This document shows positions 52,107-64,000 of a stretch of 64,000 nucleotides of DNA, one piece after another. The position numbers and the translations under genes are program-made. The DNA comes from Lytechinus pictus (taxonomy: Eukaryota), in the NCBI RefSeq assembly GCF_037042905.1, contig NC_087246.1, positions 3,164,001 through 3,228,000 of the forward strand, written 5' to 3'. The notes beneath the pieces were generated by a model. That model was given only the letters and a program-made list of their open reading frames with translations, did not search any database and was not told the origin of the DNA. Numbering within the stretch: the first letter of the stretch is position 1; every line of letters begins with the position of its first letter.

Positions 52107-54160
52107 TTTTAGCTCATCCGGCCCGAAGGGCCAAATGAGCTTAAGCCGTGGCGTGGCATCGGTCGTCTGTCGTCCGTCCACAATTTCAAAATGCTGCTTC
52201 TTCGTCATTTCAAGTCTGATTTCAATTCTGTTTGCTTTATATGATAACACTATGTGGGGGATTCAAAACTTCTACACAGAATTTTTGAAACTCATTTAAT
52301 ATGCTAATTTATGCGCATTTTTTCAAAATTCATAAAAGCTTCTTTACTGACCGATTTTGATTTTTTTTGCTTCCATCTGGTAGAGCTTCATAAGGTTCAC
52401 CAAACTTCTACACAGAATTTTGAAATTTTGACTAGAAATTTTTTTATGCTAATTCATGTGAAATTAATTTATGCATATTTTTTTAAATTCACCTAAAATG
52501 CTCCTTTATTTGTTGACCGATTTTGATTTTTTTTTTTCCATCTGGTAGATTTTCATGAGGTTCACCAAACTTGTACATGGAATTTTTAAATTTTGAGTAG
52601 AAAATTATTTATGCTAATTTAGGCGAATTCATAAATCACAGAAAATGCCTCCTCATATGTTGACCGAATTTCAAAATGCTTCTTCTTAATTTCAAGTCTT
52701 ATTTCAATTCTGTTTGCTTTATATGATAGCATTAGGTAGGGGATTCAAAACTTCTATACAGAATTTTGAAACTCATTAAATATGCTAATTTATGCGCATT
52801 TTTCAAAATTCACAAAAAATGCTTCTCCTTTTTTTGTTGACTGATTTTGATTTTTTTGCTTCCTTCTGGTAGCGCTTGATGAGGTTCACCAAAATTTTAC
52901 ACAGAATTTTGAAATTTTGACTAGAAAAAATTTTAAAGGTCAAGTCCACCCCAGAAAAATGCTGATTTGAATAAATGTAGAAAAATCCAACAAGCATAAC
53001 GCTGAAAATTTCATCATAATCGGATGTAAAATAAGAAAGTTATGACATTTTAAAGTTTCCCTTATTTTTCACAAAACAGTGATATGCACAATTCAGTGAC
53101 ATGTAAATGAGACAGTCAATGATGTCCTTCACTCACTATTTCTTTTGTTTTTAATTGTTTGAGTTATACAGTATTTCATTTTTACGGATTTGACAATAAG
53201 GACCAACTTGACTGAACCATATAGTATTAAGCAATGCTAATTCCACATGTTCAGGGAGAAATTAATCATTGTTTCACCTGACAATAAGGAGAAAATCAGA
53301 ATATTTCATATAATAAAATACAAAAGAAATAGTGAGTGGATGACGTCATCAGTCTCCTTGTTTGCATACTGACCAGAATGTACATCTAACTATTTTGTGA
53401 AATTAAGCAAAACTTTAAAAATGTCATATTAACTTTCTTATTTAACATCCGATTTTGATAAAATTTCAGTGTTATGCTTGTTGAATTTTTCTCTTTTTAT
53501 TCAAATCAACTTTTTGTTGGGATGGACTTGTCCTTTAAGCTAAATGCGAAAGTGTATTTTTAAAAATTCTCATAAAATGCTTCTTTTTTTATTGTTGACC
53601 GATTTTGATTTTTTTTCTTCCATCTGGTAGAACTTCATGAGGTGTACCAAACTTCTACACAGAATTTTTGTAATTTTGAGTAGAAAACTATGCTAATTTA
53701 TGCGAAATATATTCATAATCACAAAAAATACTTCTTTATTTGTTGACCAATTTTGATTTTTTTTTCATCTTCTGGTAGAGCTACATGAGGGTCACCAAAT
53801 TTTAACACATAATTTTGAAATTCATTTAATATGCTAATTTATGCATATTTTTCAAAACTCATAAAAATACTTAAATATTTGTTGATTGATTTTGATTCTC
53901 TGTTTGTGCCATCTAAGAGCTACATGAGGTTAAAGGTTCTATAGAAATTTTGACTAGAAAATTTATGCCATTTTATACAGAATTTATTCATAAATCACAA
54001 AGAAATGCTTCTTTGTCATTTCTTCATCGATTTCAATTCTGTTTCCTCAATTTATATCACCAATATAATTCACTACAGTTTCAACTGGGCTGAAATAAGA
54101 AATTGTGTTAAATTTCTGTGCGAGATGCCGGATGAGCTCCACATCATTGAAGTGCTAGTT
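52107..54160 (+). mobile_element. Helentron-type non-autonomous element (HINE/DINE-like) with internal tandem repeats
   Basis: T-run start, subterminal inverted repeat AGCTCATCCGGC / GCCGGATGAGCT, (CGTC)-like microsatellite, 3' short hairpin then CTAGTT; repeated 120-130 bp units. Confidence 0.82.
52937..53534. mobile_element. Kolobok-like MITE family A, copy 2, inserted in the Helentron-type element
   Basis: TTAA TSD at 52933-52936 and 53535-53538; AGGTCAAGTCC...GGACTTGTCCT termini. Confidence 0.9.
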
Positions 54161-55356
54161 CTAATATCCAATTGGCAGAAGTGCAAAACCAACAAGCCTG
54201 CATGTACTCTGTACATTAACCAGAAAATTCAGTAGTCAACAGGTTAATTACTCCCTTTGATAATGTTTAAAGGTGCACTGTAAATGTTTACTAAATCAAT
54301 TATTCAGTCTTAAAATATTTGCATCCGAGGCAATCAAATAAAGATGGTATACAGTTTTATCTGGCCTCCTTGCACTTGTACTTTGACCGTTGCATAATTA
54401 ACACACAGAGGAGGGACATTCTATGTAGACCTGTATTTATCAACAGTCCACACCACTTTAAACCTTGGATTGGTCTATATTTTAGAGACCTACATGTACA
54501 TGAATGTATCAGATTTTGATCTGAGTTGACAATCAAAATCTCTGCTGGTAGTTTATCTGTGCTTCAGTTTATATCCTGTTCTGATCCGGCCAAGTTGGAA
54601 TAATGGAAGGTGTGTTTTCCTCAGGAAGCAAGCGAAAAATTGTGAGTTTGTGGATAAAAATTTTACATGCAGACTGGTTAAGACATTTGCTATTGGTACA
54701 TGTGTCTGCAGTACCATTGGAGCTAGTTGCAGCAAATGATGGTTTCACAAGAAAGTCTTTAAGTCAAGATTAATTGTTTCCATGTCATGGTAGATCTCGT
54801 TTAATAAACCTATTGAGGTGTTAACATGAAATCTAACTTGAAAATGACCCTGCAGAAGATCACAAACACAGATGGACATTGTATGTTATTGCTTGGACTA
54901 TTAACTTCAGACGTGTTATCTGACAGGAATGCCGTTGTTTTGTCAATTTCTCAGCATTTACATTCTTTACCAGAATCATTTTGTACTTATTTTTTTTAAT
55001 TCATGATAAATGTATATTCTTTGATGGTTATTCTAGATTGTTAGAATTGTAATGTTTAAATGGCTGGCTCTCTGTACAGTGTGTATGAGATGCTCACCAG
55101 TCTGTTGCAGACATGTACATGTAGGCCAACATAGAATACGGACATATTGTTCAGGCATCCGATCGAGCGACTTGAGCCACAAGTAGAGCTCATAGGCTAT
55201 GACACTCAGTGGTCCAACCATGATACTACTTGATTAATGGTATCATAACTATCATTGGCAGCTTCTTACTTTATAAAGCACTCTTTCTTTGAACTTGAAA
55301 GATCTTATGGAATGTTAATGGTTGATTTAAAAAGTGCATACAGTACATGTACATGT

Positions 55357-55706
55357 GGAAGAGCCGTGGTGTAGTGGTTCTGACTCTCGCCTTGTAAACA
55401 GAGGGTCGTGTGTTCGAATCCCACCGCGGTCTAGCGTCCTTTGGCAAGGCATTAATCCACACTTTGCCACTCTCGACCCAGGTGCTAAATGGGTCCCCGG
55501 TAGGATGCAAAATATATTGTATGTTTGATTTTGCCAGCGCCATAATGAGGCTGCAATGAATGTTCCCCAGGGAGTGGAAATTGTGCACTTTTCGTGCGGG
55601 ATTGAAATGAATCCAATGACCGGGGTAATAATATGCTGTAACACGCTTTGAGCCATTCTGGGAAAAGCGCTTTATAAAAATTGGCTATTATTATTATTAT
55701 TATTAT
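55357..55706 (+). mobile_element. tRNA-derived SINE
   Basis: Pol III A box TGGTGTAGTGG (55367), B box GTTCGAATCC (55412), core CCTTTGGCAAG...GACCCAGGTGCTAAATGGGT, (TAT)n tail. Confidence 0.92.
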
Positions 55707-56442
55707 AAACTTAAAGTTTTCTTGTACAATGTTCTTTCTTTGAACTTGAATGATATTTATGGAAAGTTTGTGGACCTTGGTGTAAGTGCACATGAAATTT
55801 ATGAGATACAATACTTTTTTTTTTAGTTATCTGGTATATGTACATGTACATAAACCTGTGGGAAGTGGGAGGTTTTCCCCTGCCCATATATTAGACATAT
55901 GATTAGACAGCCCTCTGAAACTACATGTATCTGTAAAAGTATTAAAAAACTTAAGTACATGTACCGGTAGTCCTGTGCAAGAAGTATCGGGGAAAAATTA
56001 TAAAAACAATCAAAATGATCAAACAATCATTTTCAGTACAATTGCAACACCATGAAAGTCTTCTTTGGGACCACAAATGCCAATATTGTAGTCCCAAATG
56101 TAGACTTTCATGGTGTTGACTGAGTATAATATAAAACGATTGAACATTCTTCCTTTTCTTGATAGTTTCCAACTAAAAATCAAAACATTATGGCAATGTT
56201 GAGTTAATTTTATAAGGATGCAAATTTTTTTTACACCCCTGCCGATTAACTGTAAATGCCTGTTTATTGATACCGTTTTAAATGCTTTTCAAAATAAATG
56301 TAATGACTCAGGCCTAATAATAATACCATTAGACCAAGTGAAGTGTAAACTTAACAGTAGGTACATGTAGACCAAATGGAAATTAAGTAGACCAAGTGGG
56401 GTTTTAGCCTACTTGGTACATTATACCAGGGCTCCACACTAA

Positions 56443-56855
56443 GACACCATTCTCACTATCTTCCTAGAACTAGTATAGTGGAAACTAGTTTAACGTGTAG
56501 TGAGAACGGTCGAAGCGATCTTGGAAGCGATCTTCCAAACCGGTTCATAATACCATCTCGCTATGTAGTTTTTAAGATCGCTTTGCCTCGTTAAACTGGT
56601 TTTAGTGTGAGGACACAGCCGTTCATCGGGAATTGATTTTCGCACATTTTGCCTATGCTGCAGTTTCAATTTCGCACGAAACATGTTACCCCACTGAGAG
56701 CGTTTCCATAGCAACAAGATTGCTTTGCGTGAAGTGATATTGAAAACCACTATCATGTGTTCAAATGGGAATGCTCGCAAAGCAATCATTCTGCACTGGT
56801 TTCCCGAACCGGTTTCCAGTAAACTAGTTTTAGAAAGTGTAATGAGAACAGTGTC
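56443..56855. mobile_element. PIF/Harbinger-like MITE inserted in a decayed hAT-like MITE (about 56427-57271)
   Basis: TAA TSD on both sides; TIR GACACCATTCTCA / TGAGAACAGTGTC. Confidence 0.82.
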
Positions 56856-57520
56856 TAACCCTTTGTTTCTACTTGTCCAACCTGTTCATGTCAGACCAGT
56901 AGATACCCAGGTTATCCATTTTTTACTGGTCCGAGCCTAAAATTTACTGGCCCCCAAGTATAAAGTAAAACATAAAAGAGACTTGAGTTTATTTTGCTGT
57001 CTTTTATTTACAAAGAACAGCACACACACACACACATCATAATTCATGATAGCTATTTCTCAATTTCGGAGAGCCATTTTTTGAGATGCCAGAGCCATTT
57101 TTGTAATTAACAAAAGAGGAGAAAATATTATTTTTATCAGTTTGATATATTGTTTACTGGTCTTACTGGTCATCTTGGACCAGTAAATCTGGCTATTTCT
57201 GAAAAGTTACTGGCCCGACAGCAATTTTTACTGGTCTGTGACTGTCGGACCTGTGCCAGTGTCGCGTGCTGATTACACTTTTTGAGAGGTGAACGGGCTG
57301 CCTGTACATCTACCAAATTAATATTTTCAATTTTTTAAGGTTTCATGTTTGCGTTTTGATGGACATTTATTTTCATTATGGTCAAATACAAGTTGTCATG
57401 TTTCTATGGTCAAGCATTCCATTGAACATACATACATGTACATGTATAGCTTTTCTTGAATACCTGTCAGGACAGTGTTGGTCTTAATATGATGAGAATT
57501 TAGAATTTGTTCAGATTTCA

Positions 57521-58227
57521 TTTTTTTGTGTCGTCTGCATAGCAGAGCGAGACTATAGGCGGTGACTGCGACGGCAGCGTCAACATCAAATCTTAAACCC
57601 ACGGTTAAGTTTTTGAAATGACATCATAACTTAAAAAGTATATGGACCTAGTTCATGAAACTTGGACATACATGTACTGTAAGGGTAATTAAGTATTACT
57701 GAGCATCCTTGAGTTTCAGGTCACATGACCAAGGTCATTTAGGGTCAATGAACTTTGGGCATGTAAGGGGTATTTGTTGAATTTCCATCATAACTTTACA
57801 TTTTTATGGAGCTAGTTCATAAAACTTGGACATACATGTAAGAGTAATCAAGTATCACTGAACATCCTGTGCGAGTTTCAGGTCACATGACCGAGGTCAA
57901 AGGTCATTTAGGGTCAATGAACTTGGCCATGGTGGGGGTATTTTTTTAATTGGCATCATAACTTAGAAAGTGTATAAAGATCTAGTTCATGAAACATAGA
58001 CATAAGACTAAGAATAAATCAAGTATAAATGATTGTTTTGCACACATTTTAGATCACATGATCATGGTCAAAGGTCATTTTGGTTCAATGGACATAGTAT
58101 TTTATTATCATATGAATGTTTTCTTTTGTGAATAATTATTCAATAGCTGTTTCCAAAGTCAGCTCTGCTGCTACATTTATATCGAATCGCGTAATGCAGG
58201 CGAGACTGCCAGAGGCGTTCCATTTGT
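57521..58227 (+). mobile_element. Second Helentron-type element with three ~165-bp tandem units
   Basis: T-run start; subterminal inverted repeat GTGTCGTCTGCAT / ATGCAGGCGAGAC; units CATGAAACTTGGACA...TCAGGTCACATGACC. Confidence 0.78.
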
Positions 58228-58587
58228 ATTTCTATGTATGTCATGTTTAAGTACATGTGTAGACCTATTTCTTTTTCAATAAATAGAGAACTTTATGTTG
58301 TTTATATTTGTCAGTATTTGCTTGTATGATATCTTCTATGAGAGGTTACTGGTACTGTACATGTATATATAGTACATACTCCTTGCCTGTACATACAGTT
58401 TTCATTGTAGAACAGATTGAAGTAAAATCTGTTTATTATGGAAACACAAAATCACATCAAGATTGAATTTATAAAGCCGATGAGAACTGTGGAATAGTTG
58501 TGTGTACATATAGGATGTATCTTCCTTGTAAAGATGAATATTATGCAAATTTTAATAAGATTATTTCTTTTCCTTGTCTTTCTACAG

Positions 58588-58651
58588 CAAACTAGTGTGA
58601 ACAAGGCAATTAATTCACAGGAAGTCCCAGTCAAGGAGAAACATGTCAGAA
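58588..58651 (+). CDS. HIP1: HIP1 coding exon 2 (ANTH domain)
   Basis: QTSVNKAINSQEVPVKEKHVR, 64 nt; the KA....E.P.K.KH.R ANTH PIP2-binding motif; followed by U12 donor GTATCCTTT. Confidence 0.95.
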
Positions 58652-61600
58652 GTATCCTTTACCACATCAGTTCAACAATTCTTGCCAAATTGCTGCCTAT
58701 CAATATCATACATACATGTACTAACCATGATAATGAATGTGTTGTGGATTAATAAGATTTTAATTCTATTATTTTTGGAATAAACATGACAATCAGACAG
58801 TATCTTTGGGATACTATTAATGATGGATGGATGGATATTGGCAATTGTTATAAGCTACTGAAATACACCCTGGCTTCAAAGAAAAGTTAAGAATAGATAA
58901 GAGTGGGTGAACAGTGAAGATTTCTTTGGAGAGGAGTGTGCCCAAGCATGGGCCTACAATGCCTAAGGAAGCCAAGACAACAGGGTATTGTTTTGGCAAT
59001 AAGGTAGGTCTGTCAAACTCATTTGCAAATTTTGCTCTGTGGACAATATCTCTAGAATAGGGTTTGGTCTAAATAAGAGTGCTAGCCTATAGAATCCAGC
59101 AGGTCTGTTAAAGTTAAATGCACTTTCCCCGCTCCCTTTCAAGAAAAAAAAGAACTGTGAAGCGCAGCCAGATACACTATGGATAGGGCCTACTTGTACA
59201 TGTTAGTTTTGTTACTGTAGAATTTTCATGAAAAATTCATGTTACGCATTTGATGCATGTCCTGCTAATTGTAGAGAATCTCTGCATTTATACAGCACTC
59301 ATTGGTACATATGAACCAACAAAAAAGGACTCTCATAATGAGAAAACCACAAGTATAGAACCCCAAATTGCTTGGTGAATGCCAGCAAACGGGATTCATG
59401 CAATATTAATGAGAACACTAAACAGAGTGGAAAGCAAGCCAAACCTATAAAAAGTGCTTGGAACCCTCTCTATAATGACTCACCCTTGACAGATTCATAT
59501 GAAGACAATTCCAGATGAAGATGGGGCACAGTATTCAAATGAAATCACTTTGTCCATATTTCTTTAGATATGCACAAAATAACACATTACATGTACATGT
59601 ATGTGGGCAATGTACAGTGTAAATCTTTCATAATCCTAAATAATCTTATTTGGCACTATTTCTGGGAATTTTTCTCTGTACATGTACTCTATTAAAAGTG
59701 AATTCATTTTATGATCTACATGTGCTTGCACATAGTTCACTTGAATCATGAACCTACTACCGTAGTAGGTTATTTCCCCTGAATAGAATAATAGAATATT
59801 TTCCCCTGAAATTAAAAGCAGAATCTGTCAAAAGATGTTTTACATATTATCGGTAATGAGTACATTTTAGGATGTGTAGTATGTACATGTAGAGTTTTGG
59901 AAGGGGGTGGGGATAAAAACTGTTTGTGTAAAATATCAAGGGCTAAATCAAGATTTGATGAACGAGGTTGTACAAAAAAGTAAGTTTGAATTTGCTAAGT
60001 ATGATTTCAAATGACAGTTCTTTTGCAATGGCAGGTACAATGCAAATTATTGAATACATGTATAACAGCAAAATTTCAGAAGAGCATACAGAAGAAATTT
60101 GTGTGTCAAACACATTTAATCATGAATCAGTTGCAATAAGGTTACTAACAAAAATATTTTTCTGTTGCCGTACGAATTCATCCCTTGAATCATACCTCCT
60201 TTTTACAATGCTTGATATTGTGATTTTTTTATTACACGTCATGCACTTTTAGAGGTAATAATTTCTAAATATTTTGATTTTTGAATAAGCACATAAAAAT
60301 GTATTCATCTAAATATACTGATATGTACACATGTAATGTTATTTGTAGAAAATTTACCCTTGTTTTTTTAATTTCAATTCAAGCTATATCATGAAAAATA
60401 GTAGCCTAACTTTCATGTTTGCTATTACAAATTTGATCATGCATTGAATACACTTTTGTAGTTTCATGAAAGAATACTTCAATTCGCCTGATGCAGCTAG
60501 TACTGTGTATACATGATTCTTATATTACAAAACGGTGAACATTGTACAGTCAAGATACACATGATGGACAGATTGGTAAGAATGCTGGGTGAAGAATTAA
60601 TATGATTCAAAATAATGAATAAAACAGACAGAGTGCTAGAATAATTTGGCACATCGAGCTTGGGTCATAATCAGTGTGAAAATGTTAAGGTTTCAAAATT
60701 GGCAGTATTTCAAGCTGTGCTTGGAACAAATAGATCCTTATATGGAATGGATGATGCTAAATTAGTGTGTGATTTATTTTGCAGCCATGAAATGATAGTT
60801 ATTGTAATATACTCACTGTACAAGCTGCATTAAGGACCAGAATTTGATTTGATTTGACTTTATTTTACATATTTCACAAGTACAAACAAAATTATGAAAC
60901 AATATCAGAAAACTTATGAGAATCCAAATCAGACAAGGCATAACAATTAATTCAAATTAAAGAAAATAGCGATTTGGAATTGAAGACAATTTAAAAGAGT
61001 GAAATATGAGGGAACCTGCATAAAAAAGCAAGGCTTGTTAAGTCTGCAGGATCCAGAAAAAAAATCTGTCTTAATGAGGAGAGGACAGGTAAGTAAATTG
61101 ATTATAACAAAGTAATGCCAAAATGTGACGATTGTGTAAGGAATACAAAAAAAAAAATAAATAAATAAATAAGAATTCCCCCCCCCCTGAAAAAAATTAC
61201 TTTCAATCCATTCCAAACAATGGGTAGCAGTGATATACATGTAGCAATTTAATAGAACTTTGCAAATGTTGGCAATTGCTAGAACGGCCCACCATTATGT
61301 GTACTGCATTATGATTTTTTTTCATAAAATATTATTTTCTATAGAAAATTTGATTTTTTTTTTTTTTTTGGGGGGGTAATCATATTTCATTGAGAAAAAT
61401 CAGCGCCGTATATCTCTATTTTTCATAATATATGTACAGTGTAGGTAACTGGAAGAAAGCAATTATTTCAGGTAGCTTCAATTTTAAGTAACAAAAAAGT
61501 TTTTAGTTTCAAATCATAACATTATGTCTTTAATCATTTTAAAACCACAGTGAGATATACCTGTACATTTGTTTTTAAAGTTTCTTTTTTTCCATCTGCA

Positions 61601-62687
61601 AGAACAGTGCACATTGTATCATACAATACAGCTTCTTGGGAGAAAATACAGTTTTAGGGATAAACAATACATTTTTTTTATTTGCAGAGGTTGGCAGGTC
61701 TGTTTTTATTGTTTTATTATGTAAAGGGTAAAAAAAAAATGGTTGATTGAAAGATACAAATAAAAAATGTAAATGAATAAAAAGATGAATAATAAATAAA
61801 TGAATAAATAAAATAAAGAAATAAATTCATAAATGAATAAATCAGTTAATGAGGAAATAAATGTAAGTGAATAAATAAATATCAAAATGATAGAAAACTT
61901 GGAAATTAAACTGAAGAAATCAAATCAATACTGTATGAATGAGAAGATGGATAAAGTTAATCAAATTATAAATGAATTATATTGATCAATCTCTTAATAA
62001 AAATGTAGAAAAGGTTGCCTGTAATAATACAAAGCCTCAAACTCAATTTTGTTTTCTTTTTCAAGCGTGTATCAGTTTCTATTTTTCATGTTTATTCTGC
62101 CCCAACCCTATAATAAATACATGTACAGTATGTTCTTGCCGAGTAGTTCATTTGGAATGCTATAATTGAAGCCAATCCTTTTTACTGTTCCCTTGAAGGG
62201 CCATGGTTTGCAATATAATTTCAATTTCTTTTGGTATTATTATTACCTGCTTTGATATTAGATGTTTGAAAGAAGGTGGTAGGTGATTAATACATACACA
62301 CAGTATATAGAAGACTTTCTACAGGTTTTGTTGAGTTTCAATGATCAATATTGATTATATTAGACTATCGCAAATACATTCCAATTTAACTAAATGCTAA
62401 TTGCTTCTTTTTGAAAGCTGCAGCCTCTTATAAAGACGGTAAAGACTGTTTACACATGACAAATCTGTAGATCTAGTTCTTGCACATCAGTATTAAAAGC
62501 TACGTTTTGTTCGGGGATGGGAGCCTAATTTTCATTTTTTATTACATTTTGACTGTAAATTTTATTTATAAGTATCTTATACAATTTTAGATCACATCAT
62601 TCACAAAATCAGTGATTTTTTTCCAGCAATTACTGTTATTAGGATTCTACATCACATATTAATTTCCTTGACCAATCCTATCTTGAG
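58652..62687 (+). other. U12-type (minor spliceosome) GT-AG intron of HIP1
   Basis: 5' splice site GTATCCTTT; branch site TTTCCTTGAC at 62663-62672, branch A 16 nt from the intron end; no long polypyrimidine tract; frame preserved. Confidence 0.92.
61760..61880. repeat. (AATA/AATG)n low-complexity tract (similar tract at 7690-7800)
   Basis: Directly visible. Confidence 0.8.
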
Positions 62688-62830
62688 GTATCATCATCGG
62701 AACCTTCCAGGAGAAGGGGGCGTCAACCTTCTGGAGTGTGGTGTGTAGGTTACCGGTTCAGGGTAACCCGGTGGTATGCTGGAAGTTCTGTCACACCCTT
62801 CATAAAGTACTGCGAGAGGGCCATGAAGAG
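62688..62830 (+). CDS. HIP1: HIP1 coding exon 3 (ANTH domain); gene continues beyond window
   Basis: (S)IIIGTFQEKGASTFWSVVCRLPVQGNPVVCWKFCHTLHKVLREGHEE, 143 nt, GTAAGC donor. Confidence 0.95.
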
Positions 62831-64000
62831 GTAAGCATCTAGACCAATTTTTATAAGAACTAAAAAATGATTGAATAGTGTTTATTGTTTTTTTACTACA
62901 TGCACATGCAGTCAAGTAGTAAAAAAAAGGTAATGCAAAAGCTGTTCATGCAGGTCTTTTTGTCACAAGTTAATAATCAAAAGAGATACAAAGCTAGGCC
63001 ATACTTAAAAAATGGACTGTTTTTAGTGCATACATATGTGAAACCACATATGTAACAGTAATAATACCCTGTTATCGTCAATTTGCCCTGTGTGTGTGTC
63101 AGAAGTGATGATTATTTTGCCTACATGTATGTCAGAAATAAACAATGAAATTGTCCGGTGGTCATTAGTGAATTATCAGATACATACAGTATGTTAAGGT
63201 GGACAACTTGACCACATTCAGTCACTTTTTGGATCAATCTTTTTTGTTCAGTAGATGTTTTAGGATATACATGTATGGTCAGTTGGTTTTACTAATAAAC
63301 TGCATGTCAGAATGAGGCTTGTAAGGAAGCAACCAGTGGATCAGTGATGTCCCAGTGGACCAGTGGCTTTAATTCTTCCACAATCAGATTATAGGAGCAG
63401 TACCCGGGGGGGGGGGGGGGGCACTCACATACATGTATATTGGTGGTACAGGGACGTGCCGCTTTGATGACCCCCTTTTTTAGACCTAATTTTCAGTTCT
63501 TTATATACTCCGAATGACAAAAGTTCCATTCAGAAGCCGCCCCGCTCGCAAGACTCCCGTTACAAAACATCTCAGTTCCCTAGCCCTGTCAAAATTGTCC
63601 AGCACGAGCACTGCATGCGAGACCTGCACGCACGGCTTCACAACTCCCTCCACGTGCAGCTTTATGCACTGCTAGTGCCCACAGATACATGCACAGCGCT
63701 AGCGTGCACCATATGCTGTACCGTGATCCCGTTCCGTAGACCCTGTTTTTCACACCGCCCAGTAGATCCCAAGGCCCTGTATTTGACCTTTGTGGTCAAT
63801 TCCTTATACCCCCATTTCACGGTTTCATGAGGCACCCCCTATCAAAAATTAGCAGTATCATGTCAACTTGGTTTTGAACCTCCTTTTAATGTTTGCTTAT
63901 TGATTGAACTCATCTTGGATTATATATCCTTTATCTTGTTTTTATGAGGCGCGGTAGCTGGCTAGTTGCCCTCCTGAAGTATGCATGTCCCTACATGAAC

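Noticed and set aside
55357..55430. tRNA gene
   Set aside because: The A and B boxes continue into a SINE body with a (TAT)n tail, and there is no clean acceptor stem or T-run terminator.

Overview
AT-rich, repeat-dense animal genomic DNA. The repeat style and gene structures suggest an invertebrate deuterostome such as a sea urchin, which is inference. Two spliced genes lie head-to-head about 11 kb apart. (1) STK36/Fused kinase is on the minus strand: ATG at 23258, 28 coding exons reconstructed by hand with consistent phases, running off the left edge. (2) HIP1/HIP1R (ANTH domain) is on the plus strand: coding exons 36243-36329, 58588-58651 and 62688-62830, continuing off the right edge. HIP1 intron 2 has U12 (minor spliceosome) signals. 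HIP1 intron 1 (22 kb) holds nested DNA transposons, including an 8-kb decayed PIF/Harbinger with an apparent splice chain, plus Kolobok-like MITEs, Helentron-type elements, a CR1 LINE and a tRNA-derived SINE. The most unexpected signal is about 45 copies of the palindrome TACATGTA, with TAGGCCTA and TAC(A/T)GTA relatives. These behave as micro-insertions at TA sites and resemble transposon excision footprints. All coordinates and counts were made by eye; no database searches were run.
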